Source of the DNA: Chthonomonadales bacterium
GTDB lineage: Bacteria; Armatimonadota; Chthonomonadetes; Chthonomonadales; Chthonomonadaceae
Reading direction: 5' to 3'
Assembly: GCA_038217285.1 (NCBI GenBank)
Contig: JBBQPO010000016.1
Span: forward strand, 1-43,043
DNA: 43,043 bases
This document shows, piece after piece, positions 1 to 8,553 of this stretch. A program made the position numbers and the translations under genes. How positions within the stretch are numbered: the stretch's first letter is position 1; each line of letters starts with the position of its first letter. The notes under the pieces were generated by a model. The model had not been told where the DNA came from, did not search any database, and saw only the letters and a program-made list of their open reading frames with translations.

Positions 1-1923
1 GAACTGCTGGAGAAGGAGGGCGACGGCGTGTGGTTCGTGGAGCTTGCTCCCCTGACCGATGCCGCGCTTGTTCCACAGACGGTCGCAAACGCACTGGGAG
101 TGAAGGAGGAAGCCGGCAAACCAATATTGCAGTCGCTCGTAGACTATCTCAAGTCGAAACGCATGCTCATCCTCCTCGACAACTGCGAACACCTGCTGGA
201 CCCCACCGCAAAACTCGCTGACACGCTGCTGAGGCAGTGCCCGAACATCACGATGCTTGCCTCAAGCCGGGAGGCGTTGAACATTGCGGGCGAAACGCAG
301 TACCGTGTGCCTTCCCTCTCCCTGCCGGACCTGAAGCAGCCTCAAACGGTCGAAAGCCTCACGCAATTCGAGGCTGTACGCCTGTTCATCGAGCGAGCGT
401 TACAGGTGCGAACTTCCTTTGCGGTCACGAACGACAGCGCACCTGCCCTGGCCCAGATCTGCGTACAACTCGACGGTATCCCTCTGGCGATTGAACTCGC
501 GGCGGCCCGTGTCCGTTCGCTATCGATGCAAGAGATCAATGGGAAACTCAACGATCGGTTTCGTCTGCTAACCGGGGGGTCACGAACCGCCCTGCCGCGC
601 CAGCAGACGCTCCGTGCCCTGATCGACTGGTCGTACGATCTGCTGAATGCGCAGGAACAGGCGTTCCTGGGCAGGCTCGCTGTGTTCACAGGGGGATGCG
701 TTCTGGAAGCAGCCGAGCAAGTTGGTGTGTCGGACAGTCCGGAAGGCGGCGTCGAAGTATGGGAAGTCCTCGACCTGCTCACGAGCCTGACGGACAAGAA
801 CCTCGTCGTCGCGGATACCGGCACACCGACCCGCTACCGCCTGCTGGAAACGGTACGGCAGTACGCGGCGGAGAAGCTGCAGGCCAGTGGCGAGGCGAAC
901 GCCACACAGAGCCGGCATCTGGCCTTCCATGTCGCGCTGATGACAGAAGCCAAGCCGAAAATGAAGGGAGCCGACGCATTGGTCTGGCTCGACCGACTGG
1001 AAGCGGAGCATGACAACCTGCGGGCCGCGCTGACCTGGGCTGAGGAGATTCCTGGTGGCATGGAGAGCGGACTGCGCATGGCTGCGGTGATGGAGCGGTT
1101 CTGGAGGGTGCGAGGGTATCTGAACGAAGGCCGAACCGTCCTGGCACGGATGATCGCACAGGCCGATGCTGCCGTGTCACCGGTCGTGCTGGCAAACGCG
1201 CTGAATGCGGCAGGCATTCTGGCGCAGTTCCAAAACGACAATCGAGAGGCGCTAACGCTGTACGAACGCACAAAAACACTCTGGGAAGAGCTGGACAATC
1301 TGCACGGGGTCGCCAGCGCGTTGAACAATCTCGGAATGATCGCTTCCAATCTGGGTGATTTTGAGCAGTCTCGGCGCATTACAGAGGAGGCGCTTCAAAT
1401 CAACCGTCGCCTCGGAAATCGGCAGTCGGAAGCGATCAATCTCAATAATCTGGGGCTTCTCGCCATTCATCAGCGCGACTATACGGCGGCGCAGTCGTTT
1501 CTGGAAGCCGCTCTTCTGATCAACCGCGAGATAGGAATGCGCGAATGGGAGGTGGGCAACCTGCTCAATCTCGGCAAGTCGGCGCTGCAACAGGGCGAGC
1601 AGAGGCGCGCCATGGAGTGGCTCACCGAGGCGCTCACGCTCAGTCAGGCGCTGGACTACAAAATTATCATCGCCGAAACGCTGGAAGCTTTTTCGGAGAT
1701 GGCGGTGCAGCGGGCTCAGTGGGAACGGGCGGGAATGTTCTGGGGCGCGTCCGAAATCTTACGAGAAACGATCTCCTACCCCATCCCGCTCGATGAGCGA
1801 CAGGACTATGACCGCGCCGTAGCGGCGGCACAGCAGGCAACCGAGGCCGTTACGTTCGCGGCATGGTGGCTGGAAGGTCGCACTCTCTCTCTGGACCAAG
1901 CAATTGAACTGGCTCTGGGATAG
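1..1923 (+). CDS. STAND/NB-ARC-like ATPase with winged helix and C-terminal TPRs (AfsR/LuxR/adenylate-cyclase-associated type), 5'-truncated
   Basis: Frame is open from base 1. Walker B-like LILLDNCEHL, GIPLAIELAAAR (GLPLA motif), RQQTLRALIDWSYDLL and RYRLLETVRQYA, followed by TPR repeats (ALNNLG). The Walker A motif and N-terminus lie before the window. Confidence 0.9.
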   Translation, partial: ELLEKEGDGVWFVELAPLTDAALVPQTVANALGVKEEAGKPILQSLVDYLKSKRMLILLDNCEHLLDPTAKLADTLLRQCPNITMLASSREALNIAGETQYRVPSLSLPDLKQPQTVESLTQFEAVRLFIERALQVRTSFAVTNDSAPALAQICVQLDGIPLAIELAAARVRSLSMQEINGKLNDRFRLLTGGSRTALPRQQTLRALIDWSYDLLNAQEQAFLGRLAVFTGGCVLEAAEQVGVSDSPEGGVEVWEVLDLLTSLTDKNLVVADTGTPTRYRLLETVRQYAAEKLQASGEANATQSRHLAFHVALMTEAKPKMKGADALVWLDRLEAEHDNLRAALTWAEEIPGGMESGLRMAAVMERFWRVRGYLNEGRTVLARMIAQADAAVSPVVLANALNAAGILAQFQNDNREALTLYERTKTLWEELDNLHGVASALNNLGMIASNLGDFEQSRRITEEALQINRRLGNRQSEAINLNNLGLLAIHQRDYTAAQSFLEAALLINREIGMREWEVGNLLNLGKSALQQGEQRRAMEWLTEALTLSQALDYKIIIAETLEAFSEMAVQRAQWERAGMFWGASEILRETISYPIPLDERQDYDRAVAAAQQATEAVTFAAWWLEGRTLSLDQAIELALG

Positions 1924-2056
1924 GCCTCTCCCCTCCTTCGCCCTGTTTTTCGCGTCCGAGTTCGGTAGTGCAGCAGGATTATGCTCCTGATGCGGCGAAA
2001 AACGTAATCAGAGGTTGGAAATCGCACTATCGTTCAGACTACGAGGAGGTTCGATC

Positions 2057-3367
2057 ATGTCGGAAGACAAACGGATAGATCGTCGTTCCCTGATCCAGGG
2101 GGTGTTGGGGGCGGGAGCGGGAGCAACGTTGTTCAACGTCGTTCCCGCCTCGGCGCTGGGACTCGGGGGCCATGTCGCGCCGAGCAACCGCATTGTGATG
2201 GGATGTATCGGCCTGGGGGGGCAGGGTTCCGGCAACATGGGCACCTTCCTGAACATGCCGGATACGCAGATCGTCGCCGTCTGCGACGTCGATAAGAATC
2301 ATCTTGCGGGCGCGAAACAGACCGTGGATCGCCATAACAACAATCAGAGCTGCGCGACCTATAGCGACTTCCGCGAGCTGCTCAGTCGCAAAGACCTGGA
2401 TGCGCTCTCCCTGGCAACTCCGGATCACTGGCACGCCATTCCGGCCATCATGGCGCTGAACGCGGGCCTCGATGTCTACGGCGAGAAGCCCGTCTCGCAC
2501 TGCCTTGCCGAAGGCCGCGCCATGGCGGATGCACAGAAGAAGAACAACCGCATCTGGCAGACGGGAAGCTGGCAACGCTCGGAGAGCCATTTCCGCACCG
2601 CGTGTGAACTGGTGCGCAACGGACGCATCGGCAAGGTCGCTCGGATCGAAGTCGGCTTGCCGACCGGGAGTCCGCACGGCCCAGTGCAGTTCAAGGACGC
2701 TCCGCCGGAGCTCGACTACGAGTTCTGGGTCGGTCCGTCGCGCTGGGCTCCCTACTGCGACGAGCGCACCCACTGGAACTGGCGCTGGCAGCTCGACTAT
2801 GGCGGCGGCCAGATGATGGACTGGATCGGACATCATGCCGACATCGCAAACTGGGGCATGGGTTGGGACAGCACCGGCCCGGTCGAGATCGAAGGCAAAG
2901 GCGAATATCCTACCGAGGGAATCTGGAACGCCGCCACGGTCTACCACTTCATCGCTAAGTACAAAGACGGCGCCGAGATGCACGTCGCCAACGGCGGAAA
3001 CGCGGGCATTCGCAGCGGCACGAAATGGATCGGCGAAGACGGCCGGTGGATATGGGTGGATCGCGGCAACAACAGCCTGGAGGCCAGTGCGAAGTCTATT
3101 CTCGAAGCGAAAGTCGGGCCGAACGAGACGCAACTGTTCCGGAGTCCGGGGCACTGGCGCGAGTTCCTGGACAGCGTGAAGAGCCGCCGTCCGACCATCG
3201 CTCCCTGCGAGACCGGGCATCGCGCGGCGTCCATCGGCCATCTGGGCCAGATCGCCATGCTGACAGGCCGTAAGCTCCACTGGAACCCGGATACCGAGCA
3301 GTTCAAGGACGATCCGACGGCGACCCGCATGCTCTCCACACCGATGCGCGCCCCCTGGCATATCTAA
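2057..3367 (+). CDS. Tat-exported Gfo/Idh/MocA family oxidoreductase
   Basis: AGGAGG RBS before ATG 2057. Twin-arginine signal DRRSLI; motifs IGLGGQG, ATPDHWH, YGEKP and GGGQMMDWIGHH. Confidence 0.93.
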   Translation: MSEDKRIDRRSLIQGVLGAGAGATLFNVVPASALGLGGHVAPSNRIVMGCIGLGGQGSGNMGTFLNMPDTQIVAVCDVDKNHLAGAKQTVDRHNNNQSCATYSDFRELLSRKDLDALSLATPDHWHAIPAIMALNAGLDVYGEKPVSHCLAEGRAMADAQKKNNRIWQTGSWQRSESHFRTACELVRNGRIGKVARIEVGLPTGSPHGPVQFKDAPPELDYEFWVGPSRWAPYCDERTHWNWRWQLDYGGGQMMDWIGHHADIANWGMGWDSTGPVEIEGKGEYPTEGIWNAATVYHFIAKYKDGAEMHVANGGNAGIRSGTKWIGEDGRWIWVDRGNNSLEASAKSILEAKVGPNETQLFRSPGHWREFLDSVKSRRPTIAPCETGHRAASIGHLGQIAMLTGRKLHWNPDTEQFKDDPTATRMLSTPMRAPWHI

Positions 3368-3510
3368 CGCCTGCATGAGCCACGTCTCCCGCCCAGGTCC
3401 CTACCAGGCAGGAGACGTCGGCTTCCCCTCGTTTTCCTTTCCTCCGACTCTGCGCCCAACCGACGGCGGCAAGCGGGGACGACATCCATTCTCCGAAAGG
3501 ACCATCTGGC

Positions 3511-5571
3511 ATGAAGCCGACTCATCGAATGGCGACAGCGTTGACGCTGACCGCACTGGTTGCCGGGGCCACTCTTTCCTCCCACGCAGGAGGACGCGGC
3601 GCTCAGGACAACCCCTTTGAAAAACTGAAGACGTACGACTTTCAAACCTACGCGCCCGTCGATGCGATCCGCAAGATGATCCAGGACTCGGGCGATGACA
3701 AGGTCAAAACGGCAGACATCGAGCAGCATCTCATCGGGGTGCTGGAGGATACGAACGCGACCTTTGCGGGAAAGCAGGAGGCCTGCCGCCTGCTCTGGAT
3801 CATCGGGTCCGCTCGCTCGGTGCCGGTGCTGTCGAAGCTGCTGACCGACCCGAAGCAGGCCGATATCGCCCGCTACGCGCTCGAACGCAATCCCGACGCG
3901 GCGGCAGGGAAGGCGCTGCGTACGGCCCTCTCCTCGACGAAAGGCTCCACGCGGATCGGGGTGATCAACTCGGTCGGAAACCGGGGCGATGCCGAGGCGG
4001 TCGGCGCTCTCAAAGCGTTCATCCTTAACTCGGACCCGCTTGTGTCTGAAGCGGCGATCAGCGCGCTCGGTAAAGTCGGAACTCTGAGCGCGCTGGCGGC
4101 GCTGCGATCCCTGCCCTCTACCAACGTGTCAGCGGCACGAGCCATTTTGCATGTAGCGGAGCATTTCGCAGTGACCGGCAGACAAGCCGATGCCAGCCGG
4201 GTCTACGACAGTCTCACCGGTGAGGGCAGACCGGCGGTCATCCGGGGGGAGGCGCTGCGCGGTCTTGCCGTCCTGCCGTCGCCGCATGCGGCTGCGGTAG
4301 CGCTCGCCTTTCTGAACTCCTCCGACCTCTACCTGCAAGAGGTCGGGGCACGCACCGCTGGCTCGCTCGCCGACCCGCAGACCACCCGGAGCGTTCTCGC
4401 AGCCTTCCCGACGCTCCCGTCCGCGACTCAGACCGTCCTGCTGACCGCCCTTTCCGAGCGCAATGAGGCGGCGGCCCTCCCCGTGGTAGAATCATCCATT
4501 CAGAGCACAGACCCGCTGGTACGCGGTGCGGCCATCCGCGCCCTCGCCCGCCTCGGCGGCGGAAAAGCGGTGCCGGTTTTAGTGAACATCGCTCGCACGG
4601 GTGAAGGAGATGACAAACGGATCGCCCGCGAGAGCCTGGCGAGCATGCCCGGCGCGGACGCCGAACAGGCGATCCTCCAGACGGCCCTCAAAGGGGCTCC
4701 TGCAGAACGCGCGCTCCTGATGGGCATTCTGTCTGAGCGCCCCTCTCCCGCCGTCACGGCGGCGCTGCTGGAGGCCGCACGCGGTTCCGACCCCAGCGTT
4801 GCGGTGGAAGCCGCCCGCGCCTTGGGACGCACCGGAGGCATGAAAGAGCACGGCGAACTGCTGAAGGTGGTCCTCACCACGCACGACGCCGATATCCGCG
4901 ATGCGGCGCGCGATGCCGTGGTGACTATCGGGACGCGTCTCGGCAACCGCGATGAGGCCACGGCTCCCGTGCTCGACGCGCTGCCGGGTACGGCGGGAGC
5001 CGCGAAAGCCGCCCTGCTCGCCATTCTGGCAGGCACCGGCGGAGACCGTGCGCTGGAAGAGCTCACGAGAGCCGCCGGCTCTCAAGACGCCGAAGTCAAA
5101 CAGGCTGCCGTCACGCTGCTGGCCAATTCGTGGTCCGACTCGCGCCCGCTCCCGACCTTGCAGTATGTCGCGAAGACCTCCGCCGACAAGTCGCTGCGGA
5201 TCGAATCGGTGCGAGGTTACCTGCGTCTTGTCGGACAGGACGACCGTATGCCCGCCGACCAGAAGGTGATGAAAATCACGCTGATTCTGCCGCTGGCGGA
5301 GCGGCCTGAAGAGAAACGCCAGGCGCTGGCCATTCTGCGCGACTGCCGTCTCTCGTCGGCCGTCGAGCAGGCCGCGACTCTGCTTAACGACCCGATGGTT
5401 GGTGCGGACGCCGGGGACACCGTTCTGGACCTTGCCGCTCCCCAAAGACGACGGAACCGGAACCTGCCTGCTGTTAAGAGCACGGCCACCACGGCCGCGT
5501 TGAACAAGATCATTCAGACCGGCCCGGATGACCAGAAACAACGTGCCCAGAAGCTGAAGGACTCCCCGTAG
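3511..5571 (+). CDS. Secreted HEAT-repeat protein
   Basis: N-terminal signal peptide and many Ala/Leu-rich HEAT-like repeats (e.g. DPLVRGAAIRALARLGG). Confidence 0.85.
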   Translation: MKPTHRMATALTLTALVAGATLSSHAGGRGAQDNPFEKLKTYDFQTYAPVDAIRKMIQDSGDDKVKTADIEQHLIGVLEDTNATFAGKQEACRLLWIIGSARSVPVLSKLLTDPKQADIARYALERNPDAAAGKALRTALSSTKGSTRIGVINSVGNRGDAEAVGALKAFILNSDPLVSEAAISALGKVGTLSALAALRSLPSTNVSAARAILHVAEHFAVTGRQADASRVYDSLTGEGRPAVIRGEALRGLAVLPSPHAAAVALAFLNSSDLYLQEVGARTAGSLADPQTTRSVLAAFPTLPSATQTVLLTALSERNEAAALPVVESSIQSTDPLVRGAAIRALARLGGGKAVPVLVNIARTGEGDDKRIARESLASMPGADAEQAILQTALKGAPAERALLMGILSERPSPAVTAALLEAARGSDPSVAVEAARALGRTGGMKEHGELLKVVLTTHDADIRDAARDAVVTIGTRLGNRDEATAPVLDALPGTAGAAKAALLAILAGTGGDRALEELTRAAGSQDAEVKQAAVTLLANSWSDSRPLPTLQYVAKTSADKSLRIESVRGYLRLVGQDDRMPADQKVMKITLILPLAERPEEKRQALAILRDCRLSSAVEQAATLLNDPMVGADAGDTVLDLAAPQRRRNRNLPAVKSTATTAALNKIIQTGPDDQKQRAQKLKDSP

Positions 5572-5586
5572 CCCTTGTTCTAAAAC

Positions 5587-5641
5587 CGTAAAGTCCCTAC
5601 TGATCAAACCTGAATCAGGCGGTATCAGCAGGGACTTTACG
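5587..5641. terminator. Long hairpin between convergent genes, probable terminator
   Basis: CGTAAAGTCCCT (5587-5598) pairs with AGGGACTTTACG (5630-5641), extended by CTGAT/ATCAG and an inner CCTGA/TCAGG stem. Confidence 0.65.
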
Positions 5642-5675
5642 CTTATTCCCGGTGCAGGTTGAACGAAAACTACGG

Positions 5676-7388
5676 TTACGCGTCCTCGTCCTCCAGTTCG
5701 TAAAGCACATCGATCAGTTGTTCGCTGAACAGCGCGGCGTCTTCGTGGCGGCCATCGCGCCGGGCGGCTTCCAGGGCTGTGACGACATTCGCCAGATCGG
5801 CGACATCGTGCCGCCTATGTTCGAGCAGTTTGCGGGCACGCGCCAGCAGCGGATCTCCCACCTCTATTTCCGCCAACTCCAGGTCCGCCAGATAGCGCGC
5901 GGAAGCCTCCCGTGCGCTCGGGCTCAGGCGAGTATGCGCGGCCTGTAAAGTGGTCTGCTTCACCGCCGCGCTGCCCCGGTCTACGGCGGAAACGTTCAGG
6001 ATGCCGCTCACATCCAGATCGAATTGAACCGTGATACGCGGTGGTACACCCGGACTTTCCTGTTTGAGGTCTTCGAACTTAAACTCGCCCAGCAGCGTGT
6101 TCTGCGCGACGAGCGCCGCTTCGCCTTGATAGACCTTGACCTGGATCGCCTTCTGAGATGGATACATGGCCGAAAAGACTTGCGCGCCGCTGGTCGGCAA
6201 CGTGGCGTTGCGATGGATGATGATGCCGTACCGACCCGAAACGACCTCGCCGAAGGCTACTTCGGCAACCTCGATCCCCAGTGAGTGCGGAGTCACGTCG
6301 ACCAGGATAGCATCCAGGGGCTCCCCTGCGATAATGGCGGCCTGAACGCCCGCGCCCAGAGCCACCGCCTCATCCGGATTGATGGCCGACATCGGCTCCA
6401 GTCCGGTATGTTTCGCGACAAGGTTCCATACTAGCGGAATGCGGGTGGAACCGCCAACAAACATCACCTTATCCAGATCGGAAACCGTCAGTCCGGCATC
6501 CGCGAGAGCCTGATCAAAGGAGGTCAGCGTATGCGACAGCCGATCAGAAATCATGTCTTCGAACGTTGCTCGGTCGATCTCCAGGTCGAGATGCAGGGGG
6601 TGATGATCCTTCTCCAGCAAGTACTCTTCGCGTATTCGGGTGAAGGGATAGCTGGAAAGCGCGATCTTGGCCGCCTCCGCAGCGCGCAGTAGGCGTGCGC
6701 GTGCTTTAAGATCCTCGCGCGGATCGACACCGTGCTCGTTCAGGAACCAGTCCGCCACGTAATCCAGCAGCATCTCGTCGAAGTCGTCACCGCCCAGATG
6801 CGTGTCGCCATGGGAGGCGCGCACCTCCAGCACTCCCTGGTTGAGCTCGACGATAGAGACATCAAACGTTCCGCCACCAAGGTCGTACACGGCGATCATC
6901 TGTTGTTCGTCCATGCGATTGAGACCATAAGCCAGCGCCGCAGCCGTCGGCTCGTTGATGATCCGCTCTACCGTCAGCCCCGCGATCTCTCCGGCTTCGC
7001 GGGTGGCCTGGCGGGCAGCGTCCGAAAAGTAGGCAGGGACCGTGATGACCGCGCGTTCCACCGGCTCACCCAGGTTCGCTTCGGCGATACGCTTCATCTC
7101 ACGCAGGATCAGCGCGGATATCTCCGTCGGCGTGTAGTCGCGATCATTCAAGCGCACGGTCTCACCGGTCCCCATCAACCGCTTGATCGAACGGACGGTG
7201 TTCTCGGGGTAGAGCACGTACTGGTTGACGGCAGGCGTGCCGACAACAAGCTGACCGGTCGGAGTGAAACCGACGACAGAAGGGACGATGCGCTCCGCGC
7301 CGTTAGCAAGAATGCTGGGAATACCGTCCCTGACGAAGCCGACGGCAGAAAAGGTCGTACCCAGGTCGATTCCGATAATAGGTGTCAT
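5676..7388 (-). CDS. Hsp70 family chaperone (specialised DnaK paralog)
   Basis: [68 protein letters not shown], and linker [13 protein letters not shown]. 570 aa with a short, divergent lid. Confidence 0.95.
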   Translation of the reverse strand: MTPIIGIDLGTTFSAVGFVRDGIPSILANGAERIVPSVVGFTPTGQLVVGTPAVNQYVLYPENTVRSIKRLMGTGETVRLNDRDYTPTEISALILREMKRIAEANLGEPVERAVITVPAYFSDAARQATREAGEIAGLTVERIINEPTAAALAYGLNRMDEQQMIAVYDLGGGTFDVSIVELNQGVLEVRASHGDTHLGGDDFDEMLLDYVADWFLNEHGVDPREDLKARARLLRAAEAAKIALSSYPFTRIREEYLLEKDHHPLHLDLEIDRATFEDMISDRLSHTLTSFDQALADAGLTVSDLDKVMFVGGSTRIPLVWNLVAKHTGLEPMSAINPDEAVALGAGVQAAIIAGEPLDAILVDVTPHSLGIEVAEVAFGEVVSGRYGIIIHRNATLPTSGAQVFSAMYPSQKAIQVKVYQGEAALVAQNTLLGEFKFEDLKQESPGVPPRITVQFDLDVSGILNVSAVDRGSAAVKQTTLQAAHTRLSPSAREASARYLADLELAEIEVGDPLLARARKLLEHRRHDVADLANVVTALEAARRDGRHEDAALFSEQLIDVLYELEDEDA

Positions 7389-8194
7389 ACAGATCTCTCC
7401 ACTTCCGCGCGAGCAACGATCACTTCGGCGTAACGCAGGACCGTATCGCCCTGGGCATAACCACGTCGCTGTTCGCGTACAATAGCACCGGGATGGACCT
7501 GATCGGTCGCCGGTGCCGTCTCTACTGCAACATGTAGATGAGGGTCGAAGACGCGCCCTGCGGTGGGAACAGGAACGACATCCACGGCTGCCAGCGCTTC
7601 GAGAAGCCGTTCCTGGACGAACTCCAGTCCCTCCAGCCAGGCTGCTATCGCCTGTGAGGAGGACGCCTCGGTCGCTGCAACGGCGCGATGCGCCGGATTC
7701 AGGCGCTGCCAGAAGGACGGGAGCGCGCTCGAATCCGGGAGAGCCGTCGCGCGCTGCAGCCGTCGGCGTCCGGAGGCGAGCGCTTCTTCCAGTCCGTCAA
7801 GCGCCGGAAACAGCCGTCGGACGACGTCCAGCTTTCCCTCTGCACCGGCCTCCCCAAGGCGCTCACGCAGTTGCGCCAGCTCCCGTTCCCGATGGGCTTC
7901 TGCGTCACGCAGTTGTTCGAGCATCGTCTCGGCGCTCTTCTGCTGTGCCTCCGCGAGGGTGTTGGCCTTGAAGAGCTCCCTCCCGGCGCGATTCAACTGC
8001 TTTTCCAGCCGATCCGTGACTTCACTCATAGCCGCAACCGTGTCTATGTGACTCTGAGTCAGGCTCACCATGGCAGCCTCGAATGCGGCAAGGCGCTCGG
8101 TCGTCTCGTCAGGAGGCAATGCTTTTCCTCGACGTACAGGACGCGCATTGTAGTGGCGGCCGGACGGAGAACGACGCAGAATGCCACCGCTCAT
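7385..8194 (-). CDS. GrpE-like nucleotide exchange factor
   Basis: Long N-terminal coiled coil; C-terminal GrpE signature GRVFDPHLHVAV...RRGY...VLRYAEVIVA; ATGA overlap with the Hsp70 gene. Confidence 0.88.
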   Translation of the reverse strand: MSGGILRRSPSGRHYNARPVRRGKALPPDETTERLAAFEAAMVSLTQSHIDTVAAMSEVTDRLEKQLNRAGRELFKANTLAEAQQKSAETMLEQLRDAEAHRERELAQLRERLGEAGAEGKLDVVRRLFPALDGLEEALASGRRRLQRATALPDSSALPSFWQRLNPAHRAVAATEASSSQAIAAWLEGLEFVQERLLEALAAVDVVPVPTAGRVFDPHLHVAVETAPATDQVHPGAIVREQRRGYAQGDTVLRYAEVIVARAEVERSV

Positions 8195-8553
8195 AGCTTG
8201 ACCTCACGCCAGTCTTCACGCCAATCGTTCCGGGCGAGGTCGCTGCACGCTCTCGCCGCCCGAATCACGTCCGCCGGGTCCAGCTTCATTTCGACCGGAG
8301 CAGGCGCTGCCAGGGTGGGCTCCGGCCACACCACGCAACGCTGCATGTCGGTCTCCAGTCTCTTCTCGGGCGTCTTTAACCGTTCATAGGCGGCACGAAT
8401 CTCTTTGAAGGCGACCGGTTCGCGCTCGGGCGGGTGGGCACGCACCTGCGTAAAGTAAGCATTCTTGATCTCCTCCAGGCTTGCGGAGGGAGCGACCCCC
8501 AGAACGGCATACGGATCAGGTGCACGAGGGTCGAGGGGGGCAGGAGGGTTCAT
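8191..8553 (-). CDS. Small J-domain (DnaJ-like) protein with HPPE in place of HPD
   Basis: DPYAVLGV...EEIKNAY...HPPE...FKEIRAAYERL J-domain pattern; 4-nt overlaps with both neighbouring genes. Confidence 0.85.
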   Translation of the reverse strand: MNPPAPLDPRAPDPYAVLGVAPSASLEEIKNAYFTQVRAHPPEREPVAFKEIRAAYERLKTPEKRLETDMQRCVVWPEPTLAAPAPVEMKLDPADVIRAARACSDLARNDWREDWREVKL

